Source of the DNA: Eledone cirrhosa
Lineage: Eukaryota
NCBI GenBank assembly: GCA_964016885.1
Contig: OZ024744.1
Coordinates: forward strand, 6,696,001 to 6,760,000
Direction: 5' to 3'
DNA length: 64,000 nt
Shown here one piece after another: positions 25,401 through 39,500 of this stretch. How positions within the stretch are numbered: the stretch's first letter is position 1; every line of letters starts with the position of its first letter. The translations under genes were made by a program, and so were the position numbers. The notes below the pieces were generated by a model that did not search any database, was not told the origin of the DNA, and saw only the letters and a program-made list of their open reading frames with translations.

Positions 25401-28400
25401 GTACGGTTAAATCTACTGCAGTATTGCACTGATGTAGGTGTGGTGCAGTAGCGGTTATTTCTACTGCAGTATTGCACTGATGTAGGTGTGGTGCAGTAAC
25501 GGTTATGTCTACTGCAGTATTGCACTGATGTAGGTGTGGTGCAGTAACGGTTATGTCTACTGCATTATTGCACTGATGTAGGTATGGTGCAGTAACGGTT
25601 ATGTCTACTGCAGTATTACACTGATGTAGGTGTGGTGCAGTAACGGTTATGTCTACTGCAGTATTGCACTGATGTAGGTGTAGTGCAGTAACAGCTATGT
25701 CTACTGCAGTATTGCACTGATGTAGGTGTGGTGCTGTAACGGTTATGTCTATTGCAGTATTGCACTGAGGTAGGTGTGGTGCAGTAACGGTTATGTCTAC
25801 TGCAGTATTGCACTGATGTAGCTATGGTGCAGTAACGGTTATGTCAACTGCATTATTGCACTGATGTAGGTGTGGTGCAGTAACGGTTATGTCTAGTGCA
25901 GTATTGCACTGAGGTAGGTGTGGTGCAGTAACGGTTATTTCTACTGCAGTATTGCACTGATGTAGGTGTGGTGCAGTAACGGTTATGTCTACTGTAGTAT
26001 TGCACTGAGGTAGGTGTAGTGCTGTAACGGTTATGTCTACTGCAGTATTGCACTGATGTAGGTGTGGTGCAGTAACGGTTATGTCTACTGCAGTATTGCA
26101 CTGATGTAGGTGTGGTGCAGTACGGTTAAATCTACTGCAGTATTGCACTGATGTAGGTGTGGTGCAGTAGCGGTTATTTCTACTGCACTATTACACTGAT
26201 GTAGATGTGGTGCACTAACGGTTATATATACTGCAGTATTGCACTGAGGTAGTTGTGGTGCAGTAACGGTTATGTTTACTGCAATGTTGCACTAGTTAGG
26301 TGTGGTGCAGTAACGATTATGTCTACTGCAGTATTGCACTGATGTAGGTGTGGTGCAGTAACAGTTATGTCTACTGCAGTATTGCACTGATGTAGGTGTG
26401 GTGCATTAACGGTTATGTCTACTGCAGTATTGCACTGATGTACGTGTGGTGCAGTGAAGGTTATGTCTATTGCAGTATTGCACTGAGGTAGGTGTGGTGC
26501 AGTAACGGTTATGTCTACTGCATTATTGCACTGATGTAGGTGTGGTGCAGTAACGGTTATTTCTACGGCAGTATTGCACTGATGTAGTTGTGGTGCAGTA
26601 ACGGTTATGTCTACTGCAGTATTGCACTGAGGTAAATGTGGTGCAGTAACGGTTATGTCTACTGCAGTATTGCACTGATGTAGGTGTGGTGCAGTAACGG
26701 TTATTCTACTGCAGTATTGCACTGATGTAGGTGTGGTGCAGTAACGGTTATTTCTACTGCAGTATTGCACTGATGTATGTGTGGTGCAGTAACGGTTATG
26801 TCTACTGCAGTATTGCACTGATGTAGGTGTGGTGCAGTAACGGTTATGTCTACTGCATTATTGCACTGATGTAGGTGTGGTGCAGTAACGGTTATGTCTC
26901 CTGCAGTATTACACTGATGTAGCTGTAGTGCAGTAACGGTTATGTCTACTGCAGTATTGCACTGATGTAGGTGTGGTGCTGTAACGGTTATGTCTATTGC
27001 AGTATTGCACTGATGTAGGTTTGGTGCAGTAACGGTTATGTCTACTGTAGTATTGCACTGAGGTAGGTGTGGTGCAGTAACGGTTATGTCTACTGCAGTA
27101 TTGCACTGATGTAGGTGTGGTGCAGTAACGGTTATGTCTACTGCAGTATTGCACTAATGTAGGTGTGGTGCAGTACGGTTAAATCTACTGCAGTATTGCA
27201 CTGATGTAGGTGTGGTGCAGTAGCGGTTATTTCTACTGCAGTATTGCACTGATGTAGATTTGGTGCACTAACGGTTATATATACTGCAGTATTACACTGA
27301 GGTAGTTGTGGTGCAGTAACGGTTATGTCTACTGCAATATTGCACTAGGTAGGTGTGGTGCAGTAACGATTATGTCTACTGCAGTATTGCACTGATGTAG
27401 GTGTGGTGCAGTAACAGTTATGACTACTGCAGTATTGCACTGATGTAGGTGTGGTGCAGTAACGGTTATGTCTACTGCAGTATTGCACTGAGGTAAATGT
27501 GGTGCAGTAACGGTTATGTCTACTGCATTATTGCATTGATGTAGGTGAGGTGCAGTAACGGTTATGTCTACTGCAGTATTGCACTTAGGTAGGTGTGGTG
27601 CAGTAACAGTTATGTCTACTGCAGTATTGCACTTAGGTAGGTGTGGTGCAGTAACGGTTATGTCTACTGCAGTATTGCACTGATGTAGGTGTGGTGCAGT
27701 AACGGATATTTCTACTGCAGTATTGCACTTAGGTAGGTGTGGTACAGTAACGGTTATGTCTACTGCAGTATTGCACTGATGTAGGTGTGGTGCAGTAACG
27801 GTTATGTCTACTGCAGTATTGCACTGATGTAGGTGTGGTGCAGTAACGGTTATGTCTACTGCAGTATTGCACTTAGGTAGGTGTGGTGCAGTAACGGTTA
27901 TGTCTACTGCAATATTGCACTGAGGTACGTGTGGTGCAGTAACGGTTATGTCTACTGCAGTATTGCACTGATGTAGGTGTGGTGCAGTAACGGTTATGAT
28001 ACTGCAGTATTGCACTGATGTAGGTGTGGTGCAGTACCGGTTATGTCTACTGCAGTATTGCACTGAGGTAGGTGTGGTGCAGTAACGATTATGTCGACTG
28101 CAGTATTGCACTTAGGTAGGTGTGGTGCAGTAACAGTTATTTCTACTGCAGTATTCCACTGAGGTAGGTGTGGTGCAGTAACGGTTATGTCTACTGAAGT
28201 ATTGCACTGATGTAGGTGTGGTGCAGTAACGGTTATGTCTATTGCAGTATTGCACTGAGGTAGGTGTGGTGCAGTAACGGTTATGTCTACTGCAATATTG
28301 CACTGATGTAGGTGTGGTGCAGTAACGGTTATGTCTACTGCAGTATTGCACTGATGTAGGTGTGGTGCAGTAACGGTTATGTCTACTGCAGTATTGCACT

Positions 28401-31400
28401 GATGTAGGTGTGGTGCAGTAACAGTTATGTCTACTGCAGTATTGCACTGAGGTAGGTGTGGTGCAGTATCGGTTATGTCTACTGCAGTATTGCACTGATG
28501 TAGGTGTGGTGCAGTACCAGTTATGTCTACTGAAGTATTGCACTGAGGTAGGTGTGGTGCAGTAACGATTATGTCGACTGCAGTATTGCACTGATGTAGG
28601 TGTGGTGCAGTAACGGTTATGTATACTGCAGTATTGAACTGATGTAGGTGTGGTGCAATAACGGTTATGTCTACTGCAGTATTGCACTGTTGTAGGTATG
28701 GTGCAGTAACGGTTATGTCTACTGTAGTATTGCACTGATGTAGGTGTGATGCAGTAACGGATATGTCTACTGCAGTATTGCACTGAGACAGGTGTGGTGC
28801 AGTAACGGTTATGTCTACTGCAGTATTTCACTGAAGTAGGTGTGGTGCAGTAACGGTTAAGTCTACTGCAGTATTGCACTGAAGTAAGTGTGGTGCAGTA
28901 ACAGTTATGTCTACTGCAGTATTGCACTGATGTAGGTGTGGTGCTGTAAAGATTATGTCTACTGCAGTATTCCACTGAGGTAGGTGTGGTGGAGTAACGG
29001 TTATGTCTACTGAAGTATTGCACTGATGTAGGTGTGGTGCAGTAACGGTTATGTCTATTGCAGTAATGCACTGAGGTAGGTGTGGTGCAGTAACGGTTAT
29101 GTCTACTGCAATATTGCACTGATGTAGGTGTGGTGCAGTAACGGTTATGTCTACTGCAGTATTGCACTGATGTAGGTGTGGTGCAGTAACGGTTATGTCT
29201 ACTGCAGTATTGCACTGATGTAGGTGTGGTGCAGTAACAGTTATGTCTACTGAAGTATTGCACTGATGTAGATGTGGTGCACTAACTGTTATATATACTG
29301 CAGTATTGCACTGAGGTAGTTGTGGTGCAGTAACAGTTATGTCTACTGCAGTATTGCACTTAGGTAGGTGTGGTGCAGTAAGGTTATGTCTACTGCAGTA
29401 TTGCACTGATGTAGCTATGGTGCAGTAACGGTTATGTCAACTGCATTATTGCACTGATGTAGGTGTGGTGCAGTAACGGTTATGTCTAGTGCAGTATTGC
29501 ACTGAGGTAGGTGTGGTGCAGTAACGGTTATTTCTACTGCAGTATTGCACTGATGTAGGTGTGGTGCAGTAACGGTTATGTCTACTGTAGTATTGCACTG
29601 AGGTAGGTGTAGTGCTGTAACGGTTATGTCTACTGCAGTATTGCACTGATGTAGGTGTGGTGCAGTAACGGTTATGTCTACTGCAGTATTGCACTGAGGT
29701 AAATGTGGTGCAGTAACGGATATGTCTACTGCATTATTGCACAGATGTAGGTGTGGTGCAGTAATGGTTATGTCTACTGCAGTATTGCACTTAGGTAGGT
29801 GTGGTGCAGTAACAGTTATGTCTACTGCAGTATTGCACTTAGGTAGGTGTGGTGCAGTAAGGTTATGTCTACTGCAGTATTGCACTGATGTAGGTGTGGT
29901 GCAGTAACGGATATTTCTACTGCAGTTTTGCACTTAGGTAGGTGTGGTGCAGTAACGGTTATGTCTACTGCAGTATTGCACTGATGTAGGTGTGGTGCAG
30001 TAACGGTTATTCTACTGCAGTATTGCACTGATGTAGGTGTGGTGCAGTAACGGTTATTTCTACTGCAGTATTGCACTGATGTATGTGTGGTGCAGTAACG
30101 GTTATGTCTACTGCAGTATTACACTGATGTAGGTGTGGTGCACTAACGGTTATGTCTACTGCAGTATTGCACTGATGTAGGTGTGGTGCTGTAACGGTTA
30201 TGTCTATTGCAGTATTGCACTGAGGTAGGTGTGGTGCAGTAACTGTTATGTCTACTGCAGTATTGCACTGATGTAGGTATGGTGCAGTAACGGTTTTGTC
30301 TACTGCAGTATTGCACTGATGTAGGTGTTGTGCAGTAACGGTTATGTCTACTGCTGTATTGCACTGATGTAGGTGTGGTGCAGTAACGGTTATGTCTACC
30401 GCATTATTGCACTGATGTAGGTGTGGTGCAGTAACGGTTATGTCTAGTGCAGTATTGCACTGAGGTAGGTGTAGTGCAGTAACGGTTATGTCTACTGCAG
30501 TATTGCACTGATGTAGGTATGGTGCAGTAACGGTTATGTCTACTGCAGTATTGCACTGATGTAGGTGTTGTGCAGTAACGGTTATGTCTACTGCTGTATT
30601 GCACTGATGTAGGTGTGGTGCAGTAACGGTTATGTCTACCGCATTATTGCACTGATGTAGGTGTGGTGCAGTAACGGTTATGTCTAGTGCAGTATTGCAC
30701 TGAGGTAGGTGTGGTGCAGTAACGGTTATGTCTACTGCAGTATTGCACTGATGTAGGTATGGTGCAGTAACGGTTATGTCTACTGCAGTATTGCACTGAT
30801 GTAGGTGTTGTGCAGTAACGGTTATGTCTACTGCTGTATTGCACTGATGTAGGTGTGGTGCAGTAACGGTAATGTCTACCGCATTATTGCACTGATGTAG
30901 GTGTGGTGCAGTAACGGTTATGTCTAGTGCAGTATTGCACTGAGGTAGGTGTGGTGCAGTAACGGTTATTTCTACTGCAGTATTGCACTTAGGTAGGTGT
31001 GGTGCAGTAAGGTTATGTCTACTGCAGTATTGCACTGATGTAGGTATGGTGCAGTAACGGTTATGTCTACTGCAGTATTGCACTGATGTAGGTGTGGTGC
31101 AGTAACGGTTATATCTACTGCATTATTGCACTGACGTAGGTATGGTGCAGTAACGGTTATGTCTACTGCAGTATTACACTGATGTAGGTGTGGTGCAGTA
31201 ACGGTTATGTCTACTGCAGTATTGCACTGATGTATGTGTAGTGCAGTAACGGCTATGTCTACTGCAGTATTGCACTGATGTAGGTGTGGTGCTGTAACGG
31301 TTATGTCTATTGCAGTATTACACTGAGGTAGGTGTGGTGCAGTATCGGTTATGTCTACTGCAGTATTGCACTGATGTAGGTGTGGTGCAGTAACGGTTAT

Positions 31401-33575
31401 GTCTACTGCATTATTGCACTGATGTAGGTGTGGTGCAGTAGCGGTTATTTCTACTGCAGTATTGCACTGATGTAGGTGTGGTGCAGTAACGGTTATGTCT
31501 ACTGCAGTATTGCACTGATGTAGGTGTGGTGCAGTAACGGTTATGTCTACTGCATTATTGCACTGATGTAGGTATGGTGCAGTAACGGTTATGTCTACTG
31601 CAGTATTACACTGATGTAGGTGTGGTGCAGTAACGGTTATGTCTACTGCAGTATTGCACTGATGTAGGTGTAGTGCAGTAACGGTTATGTCTACTGCAGT
31701 ATTGCACTGATGTAGGTGTGGTGCTGTAACGGTTATGTCTATTGCAGTATTGCACTGAGGTAGGTGTGGTGCAGTAACGCTTATGTCTACTGCAGTATTG
31801 CACTGATGTAGCTATGGTGCAGTAACGGTTATGTCAACTGCATTGTTGCACTGATGTAGGTGTGGTGCAGTAACGGTTATGTCTAGTGCAGTATTGCACT
31901 GAGGTAGGTGTGGTGCAGTAACGGTTATTTCTACTGCAGTATTGCACTGATGTAGATGTGGTGCTGTAACGGTTATATATACTGCAGTATTGCACTGAGG
32001 TAGTTGTGGTGCAGTAACGGTTATGTCTACTGCAATGTTGCACTAGTTAGGTGTGGTGCAGTAACGATTATGTCTACTGCAGTATGGCACTGATGTAGGT
32101 GTGGTGCAGTAACAGTTATGTCTACTGCAGTATTGCACTGATGTAGGTGTGGTGCATTAACGGTTATGTCTACTGCAGTATTGCACTGATGTACGTGTGG
32201 TGCAGTGAAGGTTATGTCTATTGCAGTATTGCACTGAGGTAGGTGTGGTGCAGTAACGGTTATTTCTACGGCAGTATTGCACTGATGTAGTTGTGGTGCA
32301 GTAACGGTTATGTCTACTGCAGTATTGCACTGATGTAGGTGTAGTGCAGTAACGGCTATGTCTACTGCAGTATTGCACTGATGTAGGTGTGGTGCTGTAA
32401 CGGTTATGTCTATTGCAGTATTACACTGATGTAGGTGTGGTGCAGTAACGGTTATGTCTACTGCAGTATTGCACTGATGTAGGTGTAGTGCAGTAACGGC
32501 TATGTCTACTGCAGTATTGCACTGATGTAGGTGTGGTGCTGTAACGGTTATGTCTATTGCAGTATTACACTGATGTAGGTGTGGTGCAGTAACGGTTATG
32601 TCTACTGCAGTATTGCACTGATGTAGGTATGGTGCAGTAACGGTTATGTCTACTGCAGTATTACACTGATGTAGGTGTGGTGCAGTAACGGTTATGTCTA
32701 CTGCAGTATTGCACTGATGTAGGTGTAGTGCAGTAACGGTTATGTCTACTGCAGTATTGCACTGATGTAGGTGTGGTGCTGTAACGGTTATGTCTATTGC
32801 AGTATTGCACTGAGGTAGGTGTGGTGCAGTAACGGTTATGTCTACTGCAGTATTGCACTGATGTAGCTATGGTGCAGTAACGGTTATGTCAACTGCATTG
32901 TTGCACTGATGTAGGTGTGGTGCAGTAACGGTTATGTCTAGTGCAGTATTGCACTGAGGTAGGTGTGGTGCAGTAACGGTTATTTCTACTGCAGTATTGC
33001 ACTGATGTAGATGTGGTGCTGTAACGGTTATATATACTGCAGTATTGCACTGAGGTAGTTGTGGTGCAGTAACGGTTATGTCTACTGCAATGTTGCACTA
33101 GTTAGGTGTGGTGCAGTAACGATTATGTCTACTGCAATATTGCACTGATGTAGGTGTGGTGCAGTAACAGTTATGTCTACTGCAGTATTGCACTGATGTA
33201 GGTGTGGTGCATTAACGGTTATGTCTACTGCAGTATTGCACTGATGTACGTGTGGTGCAGTGAAGGTTATGTCTATTGCAGTATTGCACTGAGGTAGGTG
33301 TGGTGCAGTAACGGTTATTTCTACGGCAGTATTGCACTGATGTAGTTGTGGTGCAGTAACGGTTATGTCTACTGCAGTATTGCACTGATGTAGGTGTAGT
33401 GCAGTAACGGCTATGTCTACTGCAGTATTGCACTGATGTAGGTGTGGTGCTGTAACGGTTATGTCTATTGCAGTATTACACTGATGTAGGTGTGGTGCAG
33501 TAACGGTTATGTATACTGCAGTATTGCACTGATGTAGGTGTAGTGCAGTAACGGCTATGTCTACTGCAGTATTGC
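21160..33575. repeat. Dispersed ~4.2-kb duplication (about 21160-25330 and 29403-33575)
   Basis: ORF twins at a constant +8243: 21172/29415, 21764/30007, 23363/31606 and 24969/33212. Confidence 0.85.
22020..22740. repeat. 5-monomer (240-bp) unit repeated three times; also at about 30263-30983 and 39085-39805
   Basis: The marker order ggtatgg / ggtgttg..ctgctg / ctaccgcatt / ctagtg / gagg repeats every 240 bp. ORFs 22161/22401, 30404/30644 and 39226/39466/39706 show the same spacing. Confidence 0.85.
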
Positions 33576-36500
33576 ACTGATGTAGGTGTGGTGCTGTAAC
33601 GGTTATGTCTATTGCAGTATTACACTGAGGTAGGTGTGGTGCAGTATCGGTTATGTCTACTGCAGTATTGCACTGATGTAGGTGTGGTGCAGTAACGGTT
33701 ATGTCTACTGCATTATTGCACTGATGTAGGTGTGGTGCAGTAGCGGTTATTTCTACTGCAGTATTGCACTGATGTAGGTGTGGTGCAGTAACGGTTATGT
33801 CTACTGCAGTATTGCACTGATGTAGGTGTGGTGCAGTAACGGTTATGTCTACTGCATTATTGCACTGATGTAGGTATGGTGCAGTAACGGTTATGTCTAC
33901 TGCAGTATTACACTGATGTAGGTGTGGTGCAGTAACGGTTATGTCTACTGCAGTATTGCACTGATGTAGGTGTAGTGCAGTAACGGTTATGTCTACTGCA
34001 GTATTGCACTGATGTAGGTGTGGTGCTGTAACGGTTATGTCTAATGCAGTATTGCACTGAGGTAGGTGTGGTGCAGTAACGGTTATGTCTACTGCAGTAT
34101 TGCACTGATGTAGCTATGGTGCAGTAACGGTTATGTCTACCGCATTATTGCACTGATGTAGGTGTGGTGCAGTAACGGTTATGTCTAGTGCAGTATTGCA
34201 CTGAGGTAGGTGTGGTGCAGTAACGGTTATTTCTACTGCAGTATTGCACTGATGTAGGTGTGGTGCAGTAACGGTTATGTCTACTGTAGTATTGCACTGA
34301 GGTAGGTGTGGTGCAGTAACGGTTATGTCTACTGCAGTATTGCACTGATGTAGGTGTGGTGCAGTAACGGTTATGTCTACTGCAGTATTGCACTGATGTA
34401 GGTGTGGTGCAGTACGGTTAAATCTACTGCAGTATTGCACTGATGTAGGTGTGGTGCAGTAGCGGTTATTTCTACTGCAGTATTGCACTGATGTAGATGT
34501 GGTGCACTAACGGTTATATATACTGCAGTATTGCACTGAGGTAGTTGTGGTGCAGTAACGGTTATGTCTACTGCAATATTGCACTAGGTAGGTGTGGTGC
34601 AGTAACGATTATGTCTACTGCAGTATTGCACTGATGTAGGTGTGGTGCAGTAACAGTTATGACTACTGCAGCATTGCACTGATGTAGATGTGGTGCAGTA
34701 ACGGTTATGTCTACTGCAGTATTGCACTGAGGTAAATGTGGTGCAGTAACGGTTATGTCTACTGCATTATTGCACTGATGTAGGTGAGGTGCAGTAACGG
34801 TTATGTCTACTGCAGTATTACACTTAGGTAGGTGTGGTGCAGTAACAGTTATGTCTACTGCAGTATTGTACTTAGGTAGGTGTGGTGCAGTAACGGTTAT
34901 GTCTGCTGCAGTATTGCACTGATGTAGGTGTGGTGCAGTAACGGATATTTCTACTGCAGTATTGCACTTAGGTAGGTGTGGTACAGTAACGGTTATGTCT
35001 ACTGCAGTATTGCACTGATGTAGGTGTGGTGCAGTAACGGTTATGTCTACTGCAGTATTGCACTGAGGTAAATGTGGTGCAGTAACGGTTATGTCTACTG
35101 CATTATTGTACTGATGTAGGTGTGGTGCAGTAACGGTTATGTCTACTGCAGTATTGCACTTAGGTAGGTGTGGTGCAGTAACAGTTATGTCTACTGCAGT
35201 ATTGCACTTAGGTAGGTATGGTGCAGTAACGGTTATGTCTACTGCAGTATTACACTGATGTAGGTGTGGTGCAGTAACGGTTATGTCTACTGCAGTATTG
35301 CACTGATGTAGGTGTAGTGCAGTAACGGCTATGTCTACTGCAGTATTGCACTGATGTAGGTGTGGTGCTGTAACGGTTATGTCTATTGCAGTATTACACT
35401 GAGGTAGGTGTGGTGCAGTATCGGTTATGTCTACTGCAGTATTGCACTGATGTAGGTGTGGTGCAGTAACGGTTATGTCTACTGCATTATTGCACTGATG
35501 TAGGTGTGGTGCAGTAGCGGTTATTTCTACTGCAGTATTGCACTGATGTAGGTGTGGTGCAGTAACGGTTATGTCTACTGCAGTATTGCACTGATGTAGG
35601 TGTGGTGCAGTAACGGTTATGTCTACTGCATTATTGCACTGATGTAGGTATGGTGCAGTAACGGTTATGTCTACTGCAGTATTACACTGATGTAGGTGTG
35701 ATGCAGTAACGGTTATGTCTACTGCAGTATTGCACTGATGTAGGTGTAGTGCAGTAACGGTTATGTCTACTGCAGTATTGCACTGATGTAGGTGTGGTGC
35801 TGTAACGGTTATGTCTATTGCAGTATTGCACTGAGGTAGGTGTGGTGCAGTAACGGTTATGTCTACTGCAGTATTGCACTGATGTAGCTATGGTGCAGTA
35901 ACGGTTATGTCAACTGCATTGTTGCACTGATGTAGGTGTGGTGCAGTAACGGTTATGTCTAGTGCAGTATTGCACTGAGGTAGGTGTGGTGCAGTAACGG
36001 TTATTTCTACTGCAGTATTGCACTGATGTAGATGTGGTGCTGTAACGGTTATATATACTGCAGTATTGCACTGAGGTAGTTGTGGTGCAGTAACGGTTAT
36101 GTCTACTGCAATGTTGCACTAGTTAGGTGTGGTGCAGTAACGATTATGTCTACTGCAGTATTGCACAAGATGTAGGTGTGGTGCAGTAACAGTTATGTCT
36201 ACTGCAGTATTGCACTGATGTAGGTGTGGTGCATTAACGGTTATGTCTACTGCAGTATTGCACTGATGTACGTGTGGTGCAGTGAAGGTTATGTCTATTG
36301 CAGTATTGCACTGAGGTAGGTGTGGTGCAGTAACGGTTATTTCTACGGCAGTATTGCACTGAGGTAGGTGTGGTGCAGTAACGGTTATGTCTACTGCAGT
36401 ATTGCACTGATGTAGGTGTAGTGCAGTAACGGCTATGTCTACTGCAGTATTGCACTGATGTAGGTGTGGTGCTGTAACGGTTATGTCTATTGCAGTATTA

Positions 36501-39500
36501 CACTGATGTAGGTGTGGTGCAGTAACGGAGATGTCTACTGCAGTATTGCACTGATGTAGGTGTAGTGCAGTAACGGCTATGTCTACTGCAGTATTGCACT
36601 GATGTAGGTGTGGTGCTGTAACGGTTATGTCTATTGCAGTATTACACTGATGTAGGTGTGGTGCAGTAACGGTTATGTCTACTGCAGTATTGCACTGATG
36701 TAGGTATGGTGCAGTAACGGTTATGTCTACTGCAGTATTACACTGATGTAGGTGTGGTGCAGTAACGGTTATGTCTACTGCAGTATTGCACTGATGTAGG
36801 TGTAGTGCAGTAACGGTTATGTCTACTGCAGTATTGCACTGATGTAGGTGTGGTGCTGTAACGGTTATGTCTATTGCAGTATTGCACTGAGGTAGGTGTG
36901 GTGCAGTAACGGTTATGTCTACTGCAGTATTGCACTGATGTAGCTATGGTGCAGTAACGGTTATGTCAACTGCATTGTTGCACTGATGTAGGTGTGGTGC
37001 AGTAACGGTTATGTCTAGTGCAGTATTGCACTGAGGTAGGTGTGGTGCAGTAACGGTTATTTCTACTGCAGTATTGCACTGATGTAGATGTGGTGCTGTA
37101 ACGGTTATATATACTGCAGTATTGCACTGAGGTAGTTGTGGTGCAGTAACGGTTATGTCTACTGCAATGTTGCACTAGTTAGGTGTGGTGCAGTAACGAT
37201 TATGTCTACTGCAGTATTGCACTGAGGTAGGTGTGGTGCAGTAACGGTTATGTCTACTGCAGTATTGCACTGATGTAGGTGTGGTGCAGTAACGGTTATG
37301 CCTACTGCAGTATTGCACTGATGTAGGTGTGGTGCAGTACGGTTAAATCTACTGCAGTATTGCACTGATGTAGGTGTGGTGCAGTAGCGGTTATTTCTAC
37401 TGCAGTATTGCACTGATGTAGGTGTGGTGCAGTAACGGTTATGTCTACTGCAGTATTGCACTGATGTAGGTGTGGTGCAGTAACGGTTATGTCTACTGCA
37501 TTATTGCACTGATGTAGGTATGGTGCAGTAACGGTTATGTCTACTTCAGTATTACACTGATGTAGGTGTGGTGCAGTAACGGTTATGTCTACTGCAGTAT
37601 TGCACTGATGTAGGTGTAGTGCAGTAACAGCTATGTCTACTGCAGTATTGCACTGATGTAGGTGTGGTGCTGTAACGGTTATGTCTATTGCAGTATTACA
37701 CTGAGGTAGGTGTGGTGCAGTATCGGTTATGTCTACTGCAGTATTGCACTGATGTAGGTGTGGTGCAGTAACGGTTATGTCTACTGCATTATTGCACTGA
37801 TGTAGGTGTGGTGCAGTAGCGGTTATTTCTACTGCAGTATTGCACTGATGTAGGTGTGGTGCAGTAACGGTTATGTCTACTGCAGTATTGCACTGATGTA
37901 GGTGTGGTGCAGTAACGGTTATGTCTACTGCATTATTGCACTGATGTAGGTATGGTGCAGTAACGGTTATGTCTACTGCAGTATTACACTGATGTAGGTG
38001 TGCTGCAGTAACGGTTATGTCTACTGCAGTATTGCACTGATGTAGGTGTAGTGCAGTAACGGTTATGTCTCTGCAGTATTGCACTGATGTAGGTGTGGTG
38101 CTGTAACGGTTATGTCTATTGCAGTATTGCACTGAGGTAGGTGTGGTGCAGTAACGGTTATGTCTACTGCAGTATTGCACTGATGTAGCTATGGTGCAGT
38201 AACGGTTATGTCAACTGCATTATTGCACTGATGTAGGTGTGGTGCAGTAACGGTTATGTCTAGTGCAGTATTGCACTGAGGTAGGTGTGGTGCAGTAACG
38301 GTTATTTCTACTGCAGTATTGCACTGATGTAGGTGTGGTGCAGTAACGGTTATGTCTACTGTAGTATTGCACTGAGGTAGGTGTAGTGCTGTAACGGTTA
38401 TGTCTACTGCAGTATTGCACTGATGTAGGTGTGGTGCAGTAACGGTTATGTCTACTGCAGTATTGCACTGAGGTAAATGTGGTGCAGTAACGGATATGTC
38501 TACTGCATTATTGCACAGATGTAGGTGTGGTGCAGTAATGGTTATGTCTACTGCAGTATTGCACTTAGGTAGGTGTGGTGCAGTAACAGTTATGTCTACT
38601 GCAGTATTGCACTTAGGTAGGTGTGGTGCAGTAAGGTTATGTCTACTGCAGTATTGCACTGATGTAGGTGTGGTGCAGTAACGGATATTTCTACTGCAGT
38701 TTTGCACTTAGGTAGGTGTGGTGCAGTAACGGTTATGTCTACTGCAGTATTGCACTGATGTAGGTGTGGTGCAGTAACGGTTATTCTACTGCAGTATTGC
38801 ACTGATGTAGGTGTGGTGCAGTAACGGTTATTTCTACTGCAGTATTGCACTGATGTATGTGTGGTGCAGTAACGGTTATGTCTACTGCAGTATTACACTG
38901 ATGTAGGTGTGGTGCACTAACGGTTATGTCTACTGCAGTATTGCACTGATGTAGGTGTAGTGCAGTAACGGTTATGTCTACTGCAGTATTGCACTGATGT
39001 AGGTGTGGTGCTGTAACGGTTATGTCTATTGCAGTATTGCACTGAGGTAGGTGTGGTGCAGTAACGGTTATGTCTACTGCAGTATTGCACTGATGTAGGT
39101 ATGGTGCAGTAACGGTTATGTCTACTGCAGTATTGCACTGATGTAGGTGTTGTGCAGTAACGGTTATGTCTACTGCTGTATTGCACTGATGTAGGTGTGG
39201 TGCAGTAACGGTTATGTCTACCGCATTATTGCACTGATGTAGGTGTGGTGCAGTAACGGTTATGTCTAGTGCAGTATTGCACTGAGGTAGGTGTAGTGCA
39301 GTAACGGTTATGTCTACTGCAGTATTGCACTGATGTAGGTATGGTGCAGTAACGGTTATGTCTACTGCAGTATTGCACTGATGTAGGTGTTGTGCAGTAA
39401 CGGTTATGTCTACTGCTGTATTGCACTGATGTAGGTGTGGTGCAGTAACGGTTATGTCTACCGCATTATTGCACTGATGTAGGTGTGGTGCAGTAACGGT

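Noticed and set aside
15293-38681. Four identical 61-aa plus-strand ORFs (15293, 21479, 29722, 38496)
   Set aside because: Chance loss of the TGA in three successive variant monomers plus a 1-bp deletion, multiplied by block duplication.
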